Source: Octopus vulgaris
Taxonomy: Eukaryota
DNA length: 64,000 nucleotides
Direction of reading: 5' to 3'
NCBI GenBank assembly: GCA_951406725.2
Contig: OX597821.1
Coordinates: 107,322,001 to 107,386,000 of the forward strand
The translations under genes and the position numbers were made by a program. This document shows, piece by piece, positions 27,614-39,854 of the stretch. Position 1 is the first letter of the stretch, and each line of letters opens with the position of its first letter. The notes under the pieces are model-generated. The model made no database searches, was not told the origin of the DNA, and worked only from the letters and a program-made list of their open reading frames with translations.

Positions 27614-28260
27614 ATAAAATTTGAATTTTGTATAACATATCGAACGGGAGTTTTTTTTTTTAAATTTGAAGTAATACTATAAAATAGTGTTTGTTTGAAA
27701 TATAAGTTAAAAATTAAAAATTACAGCTTTTGATGAGAGTCTTTAAATCCATATATACTTCCTTATAAATACTTCCATATATACGTCTTCTGCAATAATC
27801 CATAATATTCATATGTAAAATCCTATATATTGTCTTGTATTTCAAATATAGTTCATATAGTTAGTTTAGACATGTGAAATTTGTATATACTTTAGTATGA
27901 GAATCTTGAAATTCATATATTTCAAATTCTGTAAAACGATCGTAAGATGGTTTAAATACTTAATTCAAAACTTTTAAACTGTCATATATATTATATATTT
28001 ATACTTATGCATATTCAACTTATTCCCGCCCTCCGAAGTTCCATATTTATCTTTATCTTTATGATATATATATATATTTCTATACTTATTTATATTTATT
28101 TATTTATATATTTTTAATACAACAATTATTCTTTAATGCAACAGTTATTTTTCACACGTGTATATCTTTCTGAGGAGTTTTCTAATATTGATTTCCTAAA
28201 ATCCGAAACATAGAGTTTTATCTTGAATAATTGTCACATATTATTTTACATATATATACA

Positions 28261-28295
<35 letters not shown>

Positions 28296-28414
28296 CTCGT
28301 ATTAAATATATTAATACTTTTATAGTATTAATATTTTGATACAATAGAGCACTCAATATAAATTCAGTATATAATATTCTCATTCAATATATTTAACTAA
28401 AGATTTATACATAT

Positions 28415-28499
<85 letters not shown>

Positions 28500-28539
28500 G
28501 TGCGCGTGTGTGTATGTATGTATGTATGTATGTATGTAT

Positions 28540-28932
28540 AGGCGTAGGAGTGGCTGTGTGGTAAGTAGCTTGCTTACCAACCACATGGTTCTGGGTTTGG
28601 TCCTATTGCGTGGCACGTTGGGCAAGTGTCTTCTACTATAGCCCCGGGCCGACCAAAGCCTTGTGAGTGTATTTGGTAGACGGAAACTAAAAGTAGCCCG
28701 TCGTATATATGTATATATATATATGTATGTTTATATGCTTGTGTGTCTGTGTTTGTCCCCCAACATCGCTTGACAACCGATGCTGGTGTGTTTACGTCCT
28801 AGTAACTTAGCGGTTCGGCAAAATAGACTGATAGCATAAGTACTAGGCTTACAAAAAACAAGTCCTGGGGTTCGATTTGCTCGACTAAAGGCGGTGCTCC
28901 AGCATGGCCACAGTCACATGACTGAAACAAGT
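28540..28932 (+). mobile_element. tRNA-derived SINE family A, near full length
   Basis: A-box GTGGCTGTGTGG, B-box-like GGTTTGGTCC, central (TA/TG) tract, tail ..GACTGAAACAAGTA; about 15 related copies in the window. Confidence 0.85.
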
Positions 28933-29555
28933 ATATAACTTAGATCGTGTGCATCATCTCATGCCAGATTCAAACCGCTACACATACCTCCTTTCTCCTG
29001 CATAGAATGCCGGCTCTCAGAAAATTTTTTCTGGTATATATGGTATCCCATCGAAATAAATTTGTTCAGGAGGAGCAACAATTACCATCTATGTTGGTCT
29101 TTGAGGGTCTGCGAGAACTATGAGTAGAGTTTGTTTATATGGATCGGTATAATGAAAAAGAATGTGACCAACTTTGAAATTCCTCTAATATACCTCAATA
29201 TATAATGTTTGTTGCACAAATATATTTATAGATAAATGGCAAAATATTTCTGTCTCAGAGAAAAATCGAACATCCTCCTGAGAAGCGAGGTCGTAGAAGT
29301 GTGACATATAAGAGTGAGTCCCTAGAAGTGTAACATTACTTATGAACTGTGAAGGAAAGATAACGCTAACCATTGGTATGGATGGTACCGGTATATTATG
29401 CCGTTATTTAATTAACGTGTTTACAAACACACGCACACACAAACAGGCACACAGAGTAACACACATGCACACACATTCACACACTCATATATATATATAT
29501 ATATATATACATGTGTGTGTTGTATATACGTATATGTGTATATCACACACGGGCG

Positions 29556-29589
<34 letters not shown>

Positions 29590-29702
29590 CATGTGTATCT
29601 ATGTATATGTAATCATATTTCATGCATACACAAGCAAATAGATATTTAAATGCATGTATGTATATATATTTATGCCTGTGAAAATGTGCATATATATATG
29701 TG

Positions 29703-29733
<31 letters not shown>

Positions 29734-29817
29734 ACGTGTTTGTGTGTGTGTAATACTTATGTATTCATGTATTTGTATGTATGTATGTATAGATTGACAG
29801 ATTCACACACATCTCTA

Positions 29818-29905
<88 letters not shown>

Positions 29906-30181
29906 CATGTATGTATGGACATAAGACACGCTGTGTATATATGTACTTTTACTCTTTTACCACTACGGGCCTGCAAATGGTGGCCATGCTAGAGCACCGC
30001 TATTATGTGCGTATGCGTTTTCATCGTAAATCATGACTATCATCACGAACTATACAGAATACTCTATTTAACACAGTTTATGAAATACACATTAAATTAA
30101 AGCAAACCTGGCCAAATTACTCTTTCGTAACTTCTAGTTCCACAATAAAGTAAAACAGTTTTACTGTAATAATCATAAGAT

Positions 30182-30737
30182 CAGGTGCTCTCAACTTTTT
30201 GTCTATCGACCCTACTGAATACTATTTTATTCCGGTGGACCCCCCCATAGCCATTTGCTGATTAAAAACTAGTTTTTTTAGAAATTTCTCTCAAAATTAC
30301 CATTTTGTTTTTCACACGTTAACTTTTGCATGTTAAACGATTAAAATGTTAGAGGAAGAAAACTAGCTGTTTCTTGTAATGCATACGCCTACATAAATCT
30401 AAAGCAGGTGTTGGCAACCATGTTTTATCAATGGACCCCTTTCATTACTATTTTATTCTGGTGGGCCCCATTGCAATTCGATGGTTAAAAACTAGTTTTA
30501 TAGAAATTGTTTTAAAATTCCTATTTTGTTTTTCACACATTAACTTGTGTAGGTGAATTATGTAAAATGTCACGGAATGAAAACTGACTGTTTCTTGCAA
30601 TACATACCAATACATATATCTAAAGCAAAATCTTCTCAGGGATCCTTAAAATATTATTGTATTATTTAGTTGTATGGACTCCAAAAAACCTTCTATGGAA
30701 TCTTAGGGGCCACAGCGACCCCAGCTAATAACCACTG
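30182..30737. mobile_element. Two tandem decayed copies of a CAG..CTG-ended (hAT-like) MITE; relative at 25878-26213
   Basis: 30182-30404 aligns with 30405-30625; ends CAGGTG.. and ..AACCACTG; no TSD identified. Confidence 0.5.
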
Positions 30738-30807
30738 CATTATATAGATAAGTAGGACTAACCAGAGAGCTAAGAATGAATTGTTTCTGATATCAACCAC
30801 TGAATGC

Positions 30808-31255
30808 GTATCTTTTCGGTTTGAACGGCAGTTTTTTCTAGCGGTGTCATATGAAATTGTCACCCATAATTATGACCCTAGTATCGGTCTATTGCATTTC
30901 AATCTGTTTTAGGGTTAGGGTTAGTTAGGGTTAGTTAGAGTTAAGGTTAGGGTTAGGGGTGGGGGAAGGGTATCTTTTTTCTTCACAAATGTAAATAAAC
31001 CCAATATCTTTCTTAAATGAGGGACATATTCATGCGGCACAGAATGTTTTCACCTCAATAGACGTCGTTGATTGGTTGAAATTGTAGAGATTGAAGAAAA
31101 AACAACAACAAATATCTTACAAACAATAGAATTTTCTCAATAAAGCCAAGAGAAAAAGATGTTTTATAAACACATTCTACCAGTATACGAAGTTTAAAAG
31201 TGTTTAGTTACGTGGAAATTATTTTTAAAAACTGCCGTTCAAACCGAAAATATCC
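30808..31255. mobile_element. Same MITE family, full length, opposite orientation
   Basis: ~29-bp TIRs, perfect 8-bp TSD CTGAATGC, TTAGGG-type repeats at about 30909-30958. Confidence 0.9.
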
Positions 31256-31702
31256 CTGAATGCACCTGCGTCATTAAAATAATCAAGAGAAGTGCCCGGA
31301 CTCTTTACTTGTGTTTGGTGGCCGTGACGGCAGGGGTTACGTTGTAAACACATCAGAAAGTCTTTCAATGCAGGCATTTTCCTACCTGGTTAAGCTCTCA
31401 TCAGCTTCTTCAAATAACATTAGAAGAAAAAGAGTTGTGTGAAGGAAAAGGTGCTGCCTCCTAGTGTGTTTATCAAACGGTAGATTTGGATGGCAAGAAT
31501 GGTGAGTACGAATGACTCACACTTCTTAACGTACTGAGCTGAGTATCTTTTGCTTGTGTAAGCAAGACTGGAAATGAATACTTACGATGCCTCAAAGATG
31601 GCAAAGTAATCAGGGCGTTTTTTTGTGGGGGTGTTATTAGAGATGCCCTGCTATTAGGTTGTTTCTGGGAATCCTCTTATTGGATTTCACAAAATGCTTA
31701 TT

Positions 31703-32100
31703 GGCGCAGACGTGTGGTAAGAAGTTCACTTCTCTACCACATAGTTCCTAGATCAGTCCCACTGCGTGGCACCTTGGGCAAGTGACTTCTACTATAACCT
31801 CGGGCCGTCCAAGACTTCGTGAGGGAATTTGGTAGACGGAAACCGAAAGAAGCTCATCGTATATGTATGTGAGGGAGGTGTATTTATGTGTGTGTGTGTG
31901 TGTACTTGTGTTTTTGTTTGCACTCCACCACCGCTTGACAATAGGTGCTTGTTTGCGTACCCGTAACTTAGCTGTTCGGCAAAAGACACCGATAAAACAA
32001 ACACCAGGCTTTAAAAGAAATAAGTTCTGAGGTTGATCAGTACGGCTAAACGAATCAAGGCGGTGCCCCAGCATGGCCGCTGCCCACTGATTGAAATAAG
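31703..32100 (+). mobile_element. SINE family A, diverged
   Basis: Aligns with the other copies. Confidence 0.78.
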
Positions 32101-32413
32101 TGAGAAAGACCTCTTTCGTTATGTTTTTAGTTATGTTTTTAGCTATATCATTACCGATCGTATATTTCCATTTAATCTATACAAAGCTGTTTTGGGTGTT
32201 GTATTTCGTTCTTTGATATTTATGTAGTTTTTTTTTATATTACGTAAGTGAGTGATGAGTTGGAACATTGTTAAATAATGAATTGAAAAACGAAAATGAT
32301 ATATATGTCAGAGTTGATGTTTATGTTAATGAGTTGAAAACGTTCACCATGTGTTTAGCTTCTGATATTTCTTTAGTTTAATTATCTTCTTTATATATTA
32401 AATGTTATCAATA

Positions 32414-33067
32414 TACGAGGGGTGATGAAATGTGGATCTTTTCGGTTTCAACGGCAGTTTTTTAAAGTAATTTCCACGTAACTAAACACTTTTAAACTTC
32501 GTATACTGGTAGAATGTGTTTATAAAATATCTTTTTCTCTTGGCTTTATTGAGAAACTTCTATAGTTTGTAAGATATTTGTTGGTTTTTCTTCTTCAATT
32601 TCTGCAATTTCAACCAATCAATGACGTCTATTGAGGTAAAAAAAAAACCTCTGTGCCGTATGAATATGTCCCTCGTTTAAGAAACAGATTGAGTGTATTT
32701 GCATTTGTGAAGAAAAAATATACCCTTCCCCCCACCCCTAACCCTAACTGTAACTAACCTTAACTAACCCTAACCCCAAAACAGATCAATAGATCGATAC
32801 TAGGGTCATAATTATGGGTGACAGTTTCATATGACACCGCTAGAAAAAACTGCCGTTCAAACCGAAAAGATCCTGAAATATTCCTGGCTTGGAATAAAAG
32901 AAAATACAGAAACATCAGTTATGATTTTATTCAACATATTCCCCTTCTCAGATTCACACAGTTACTGCAGCGGTCCCTCATATTTTCCAAGCCTTGTAAA
33001 AGAACTCAGAAGGCTGGGCCTCCAACTTTGCCTTCTGCAACACTCTTAAAGTCAGGAAGTTTTCAGT
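32414..33067. mobile_element. Tc1/mariner-type MITE (TACGAGGG.. terminus)
   Basis: Left end TACGAGGGGTG..GAAA..TTCCTGGCTT is complementary to right end AAGTCAGGAAGTTTTCAG. Homologous to 22082-22548, 23160-23378 and 21835-22055. Confidence 0.65.
32434..32873. mobile_element. Same MITE family, nested in a mariner-type MITE
   Basis: TIRs as above; TSD TGAAATGT / TGAAATAT interrupts the host's TACGAGGGGTGATGAAA..TTCCTGGCT terminus. Confidence 0.88.
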
Positions 33068-35164
33068 AATCATATCGACGCTAAAAGTGAATAAATTTTG
33101 ACCCATTCGTGTCGAAATTTTTCTGGTGAACGAAATAGCATGAAAATTCACAGATACTCTTATTTTGACCTAAATAACAACTGAAAAACATTTCATTGAA
33201 ATCCTTTTAATACAAGACGGCATACGCGATAAGAACCCGTTTCATTCTTTGATACAGATCATACATAAATCACAATTTGTATCAAGTATTTGTTTTATAC
33301 CCTTATAAATAAAGTATCAGCTTAAACGGACGATCGGCATGAATGGGGCTTAATATGATAGAAAATGAATAATTTTACATGTATTCGGTTATGCATTTCT
33401 TTTATTTTATTTTTACATATTTCTATCGTTGGAGGGGTTTCATAGCTTTTACTTTTCTTTTCTTTCTTGCGTGCCATGTTACAAAGTTGCTAATGTTACA
33501 ACGTTGCTCTCTTTATTATATTTATCGGTTGAATTCCTTTTTATCTGAATTATGCCTTCGCGTGTTTTGGGACTCATAAAGCAAATCCCTTTCGAGACCG
33601 AAAAAAAGGATACTGGTCTCAAAATATGCTGGCGTTTGTTGTTGAACTTTTCTTTTGATTGTATCAGTCACCGGACTGCGGCCATACTACAGCACCACCT
33701 TCAAAGATTTAGTCAAACAAATCAACACTGTCTATAGTTTTGGAGGGTTTTTTTTTGCTGAATCGCTATGTTATGGGGACATTAACAAACCAACACTCGT
33801 TGTCACAAAGTGATGGGAGACGAACACAATGTAAACGTCGAGACTCACAAACATATATATATATATGCGATGAGTTTCCACACAGTTTCCATTTGCTAAA
33901 TTCACTCACAAAACATGGATCAATCCAGGGCTATAATAGGTGACACCTGCCCAATGTGACGCGCAATAGGAGTGAAACCGAAACCATTTGGTTGCAAAGT
34001 GAAGTTCTTATCCACACAAACATGAAGGCTGTTTACTCGGAGATCTATATATTAAACAGAACTCTGATGAAAGGCATTCTCTTGTAGACTAGCTATTTTA
34101 ATTATTTAAGAACATATAAAAACAAGCGGATTAATTTTTATTTTATCACATTATTGTTTATGAATTATAATTTTTCGTCGCACCTCTGCGAACTGGCCAT
34201 CGACACAAAGATGTAGGAGAACTGTGTCAGTGACCAGGTCGGTCGACTAAAGTACAACGAAAGTTAGTGCTACTTTATAGAAGGCATGGTTAAAACTATT
34301 AAGAAATAGACGAAAGTGAACCTGTCAGTTTAATGTCTTATAAAATATAGCAAAAGCAATACAACCACAACAAAGTATATTGATATATTCAAGAACAATA
34401 GAAATAATAGCAATGAATGAAATATTGGTAAAATGGTAGCATTATAAGAGCTTTGAGAATGTCAATAGAAACCGCAAATAATCACATTATCTTCAAACAC
34501 AGGATACTGTATGTCTAAGCAAGAGACAGGCCCGAGGATTTAAAATACTTAAAATAAAGACGGAATCAAACGTTAATAATTAAATTTTGCAAATTTGATG
34601 AAGTTTGAACACCTTCGGGAATTATAGATTGCGTTTATGTTTTGAGTGTAGCCTTTCTTCGGGGAAAGTAATTTGAAGTACTCACGTCTCCCTGCGGCGC
34701 GGAAACTTATTTAAATTTGCAAATTTTATTAAATTTTTGTCGGTTCAGCTGCTGACAGTTTGCTCAGACAAGGAAGAAAATATTTATTTCTTATGGAGGA
34801 AAATATTGATTTTCTTTCTTCCAAGCTTTGATGAAAGCCACACACTCATTGAGAAGCTCTCTGAGTAGCTTAACTCGTGTAGTAAAGTACATCGCTTCAC
34901 TTTCTTTACTCTTCAATAGTCTAGTGTTATTACTTGATGGTAAAGCGAAGGAGAGCAAAGTCAAAACATTTGGGAATCGAAATACAAGTAGAAAATTAGA
35001 TACTCAAATACTGCAACAATGTAGCCGGAATCTTAATCTATCTCTTGCCAGTCGACCATTTTATGATAACATAAATAGCAAATAATTGGTTAACGTATTA
35101 GTATTTTAAGTATAGAATAAATGAAACCACTTCAAAACCAACGTGATGATACAATACAATACAA

Positions 35165-35199
<35 letters not shown>

Positions 35200-35695
35200 A
35201 TCATATATGCGTGTGTGTGTGTGTGATACATCTACATGCAGACACACATATATACATACATGTATGCATTTATATATACTTGTATGTATATTATATATAT
35301 ATACATACATATATATGTGTGTGTGCCTGTGTGTGTGTGTGATGGGGCTACCATTAGTTTCATGCTGAGAGAGAAAACTTAAAATAATTAGGGTTACGGT
35401 TTTGGGGGTTCTTTGCCAAGTTTTGGATCCCGAATGGAGACTATTATGAATATTCCACGCTCATCCAACATAAATATCCCCGGTGACCGGCTTAATAATT
35501 GCTGAGAGTTTATTCACATTGTTCGATATTAACGCACGTAGATGCACACACACACACGCACACATACATGCATCTATATACATATATATGTGTGCGTATA
35601 TATGTATGTATATATGTATGTACATGTGTATATATAACAAATATAAGTGCTTCTCGGCCTTACAGGCCAAGCTAAATATCAAAATATAAGTGCGT

Positions 35696-35733
<38 letters not shown>

Positions 35734-35968
35734 GTATATATATGTGTGTGTATGTATGTTTATATATATATTCATATATATATACGCATATGTATACAAA
35801 CATTTACATATATATGTATGTGTATATATGCATATGTACAAACGTATAAACACACAAACTCACATACACACACACACATACATACATACACACACATATA
35901 TATATATATATGTATATAAATCGATTTTTTTCCTCTGTCTTCCCTTCTCTGGATCTTCCTTCTCCTAT

Positions 35969-36003
35969 GTTTCTGACGAAGAGCTCCGCTCGATACGTTA
36001 AAC
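35969..36003 (+). ncRNA. Second copy of the 6333 hammerhead unit (GAAA mutated to GATA)
   Basis: GTTT-CTGACGA-A-GAGC(TCC)GCTC-GATA-CG-TT-AAAC; unit 35920-36103 aligns with 6280-6467. Confidence 0.7.
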
Positions 36004-36098
36004 CCTCCTTCTTTCCTTCTTTCCTGAGCGTCCAATATACTATATTTGTTCCACGTCCTCGCGTTGTTGTGTTTTTTTTTGTGCTTTCTTGTTTGGAT

Positions 36099-36166
<68 letters not shown>

Positions 36167-36451
36167 TTGGAGATGATGTACAAATATTATATATTAGAAG
36201 AAATGAGGTACTCAGAAATCTGGATGGTTTTATATTTACAGATATTTATTAGTTTGTTACATGTTTTTATACATCATATATCATATATCATATAAGCGCT
36301 TTCGTCCATTCTGGTGGAGTTCAATTTGACAACTCCACTAGAATGGACGAAAGCGCTATTATATGATATATGACATATGATGTATAAAAACATGTAACAA
36401 ACTAATAAATATCTAAAACAATCCGGATTTCTGAGTACCACATTCCTTCTA

Positions 36452-36503
<52 letters not shown>

Positions 36504-36752
36504 TTATATACCACAGAACATCACAGAATTACACGTTAATATTTAAGTGCATCAAAGCCCCTAATAACATTATCCTCAACAAGAAAAGTCAACCTATACC
36601 AATGTAAGTAATCCCCACAAAATATGACTCCATAAACACTTTCCACTTTCCAAGAATGAAGAACAACTAAGAATAATATGACTAAGATTTAAAAATAATT
36701 GCGAACAAGTATACTAAATGAGGATTCCCATCATCAGCTGCCAAACGGATAT

Positions 36753-36808
36753 CACTATGGTTTCGACACCTGGGTACTACACTCTAACCCGGTGATGTCA
36801 ACAGTGTT
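36753..36808 (-). ncRNA. Decayed hammerhead-like motif (CUGUUGA variant)
   Basis: Minus strand: CTGTTGA-CAT-CACCGGGT..ACCCAGGTG-TC-GAAA-CCATAG. Confidence 0.4.
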
Positions 36809-37694
36809 ATGATTATAAGTGCTGCGTAGGAATCCACCAGTTCATAGCTACAAGTAACAACATCAAATGAAACACATAGAATTAATTTATAGGGTTCAAA
36901 TAAGACTTATAAAAGAAAGAACTTATTCCAGAAACGGATCTCCAAGCAATAAGACAAACATAGTCTACTAGATATTTTCTTTCTTAATGTACCTTTCAGC
37001 CGACGTTGAGTTCTAGGTACCTCATCAGGCCTGAGTACAAATATTCTGTATCTATAACACGCCATTTTTTCATGTCTTCTTACCTAGTATGTATGTATGT
37101 ATGTAAATTTATAGATGCTTATATATGTATATGAAGATGTTATATGTTTAACGCTGTACAGTCGAAGGTAAATAAAAAGATGTTTGAATATATTATTTGC
37201 GTTTTCAGTTTCGTAACAAATATACTGGTTTAGCTTCGTTTTCAACAACAATTCCAGATAAAATTATTTAAATAAAATATTATGCGACTTACATAATAAT
37301 CATCTAAAACTCAAATTAATTTTATAATGAAAATAACTATGTTGAAATATATCATTATCTAAGTATATATGTGTATAGTTTTGTTTAACAGAATGAGGCG
37401 AAACATTTATATCTGCTTACAGGAAATATATATTTACATATCCACATGGTTATCAGGGAAAATTAATCTTTCATAAAGATTTATCTTTTTTGGTAAATAT
37501 GTATTGTTATCAATACATTTCCTCTGTGTATATATTTATGCGTATATGTATGTGTGTGTATCTGTGTGTGTTTATGCGTGTGTTTATGTCTGTGTGTATA
37601 TAGATAGAGAGATTTAGACATATGTCCATACATACGCACGTATATAAATATAAATATATTCATGCATATACAAATTTATGTGTGTGTATGTGTG

Positions 37695-37750
<56 letters not shown>

Positions 37751-38260
37751 CACACAGATGCATATAACTACATACACACATATAAACGTGTAGGTATATA
37801 ATACATATATATATAAGCAAAGATAAAGATACATATCAATAGATATACTTATGCATATATACAGGTTCAGAAATATATATATATATATATATAGCTATAC
37901 CTCTGTATACATATATTATATTACACATACACACACACACATATTTATATACATACATACACATACATACATTCATACATGCAAACATACATACATGCAC
38001 ATTTCAATATGAGGCAATCAACAGTCGCGTTTCGAGAGCTATTCTTTTATTCTTATACTTGTTTCTGTCATTTGACCGTAGCCATGCTGTAGCACCGCCT
38101 TTAAGCTGGAGCACCGCCTTTAATGTGCACATTTCACCAACATTATCAATTTAAACACATTTAATTGAAGGAATTTTATTACATCCCACCACAGTTATAA
38201 ACAATGTATTTAACTCAAAGCAGATAGTTTTTCATGTATATGTGTGTATGTATGTGTACG

Positions 38261-38291
<31 letters not shown>

Positions 38292-38297
38292 CTGTGT

Positions 38298-38588
38298 GGA
38301 GGCGCAATGACCCAGTTGTTGCGGCAGAGGACTCGCGGTTGTAGGATCGCGGTTTCGATTTCCAGACCGGCTGTTGTGAGTGTTTATTGAGCGAAAACAT
38401 CTAAAGCTCCACGATGCTCCTGCAGGGGGTGGTGGCCATCCCTGCTGTACTCTTTCGCCACAACTTTCTCTCACTCTTTCTTCTGTTAGCTTGCCGGCGG
38501 GGTTGCATCATTTGAAGGCTAAAACTATGCGAAGCGCATTGTAACCATCGGTGTGTAGCAACATCTGATAACCTGGTCAGTCACGGTG
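38298..38588 (+). mobile_element. SINE family C
   Basis: Same tRNA-like head and body as 57030-57385. Confidence 0.8.
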
Positions 38589-38592
38589 ATCA

Positions 38593-38657
<65 letters not shown>

Positions 38658-38747
38658 TTTATTATTAAAGCTGAAAAACCTCGCAAGAAAAACTGCTACT
38701 CAGAGTTTCCCGTTCCCGTTCATCGGACAGTTGTGCCTCTGAATAAC

Positions 38748-38789
38748 AACTGTCCGATGAACGGGAACGTGAAACTCTGAGTAGCAGTT
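38748..38789 (+). ncRNA. Type I hammerhead motif (CCGAUGA variant), mirrored on the minus strand at 38691-38732
   Basis: AACTGT-CCGATGA-ACG(GGAA)CGT-GAAA-CTC(T)GAG-TA-GCAGTT. A decayed family member lies at 919-1052. Confidence 0.7.
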
Positions 38790-38895
38790 TTTCTTGTGAG
38801 GCTTTTTCAGCTTTAATAATAAAGCATATTACACTACCTCCAGTATTCGAGAAATATTTTTTTCCCACCTTCTTTCACATTTATATGCTTTCTCT

Positions 38896-38952
<57 letters not shown>

Positions 38953-39091
38953 GCGTAGGCTCGAAACGTAAAAGATTTTCCCACTTTCCGAGCATTTGAC
39001 TAATGCATCTGTTGTTGTTTGCACACCCGTCTTCGTCCTTTGTTTTTTTTTGGGGGGGGGTTTGTAAATTCTCACTACATATATATATATA

Positions 39092-39834
39092 CTAGCATTA
39101 AAGACCCGTCGTTGCCGGGTCATGGTGCTAGTGCATGTATATATGTGTATATATATGTGTACATATTACATGTACATCTATATATATACATCTACACATA
39201 AAATGCAAAATACAAAGTTATATCTTGATATCGCTAGTGATAACAATACTCAAAATATATAACAGACTGGAATTGTTAGCTCTTCTTTTTTCTCTACATT
39301 GTATACTTAATAGACAATAGTCTTTTCTTTAATTTAATTTTTTATTATCCATCTGGACTATTCCATTTCTGCACGCTAATTATATTTTTTATTTATTCCC
39401 ATTCATGTGAAACCACTTATTTAAGTTCAAATGATTGATGCAATTTTATACCAATTGCTATTTTTACTTTTGTATGTTACGATTATATTATACTTTAGTT
39501 TGATTTTAATTATTACTTACTACATATAATTCAATTGTTATTATTTTTATTGTTAAAGTAAAAGCATCTGACATAAAATAGAGAAATATTTTTGTTTCAC
39601 TTTTAACACGTAATACCGAAATAGTGGAGAAGATATGATATTGCTATGGGCTCGCTGTAGGCAAGAAGTTGAACATTTGTTTTTTTTTGCCCATGAAACT
39701 ACATGGACCTTAAGTAAGGCATGTGTAAAATCTGAATGGAATTGGCTGTGTAGTTCTCAAGTTTTAGGGAAACACACAGACAGACAGACAGACACACAGA
39801 CACACACACATTCTCAGTTTTATATATATAAAGA
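39092..39834 (-). mobile_element. Non-autonomous Helitron
   Basis: Minus strand starts A|TCTTTATATATATAAAACTGAGAATG with a (TGTC)n tract and ends in hairpin ACCCG(GCAACGA)CGGGT + 8 nt + CTAG|T; no TSD. Confidence 0.75.
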
Positions 39835-39854
39835 TATATATATATATATATATA

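Noticed and set aside
30909-30958. Telomere or chromosome fusion site
   Set aside because: The short TTAGGG tract is internal to a dispersed MITE present three times.
36985-37035. Hammerhead on the minus strand (CTGATGA..GAAA)
   Set aside because: Stems I and III do not pair convincingly.
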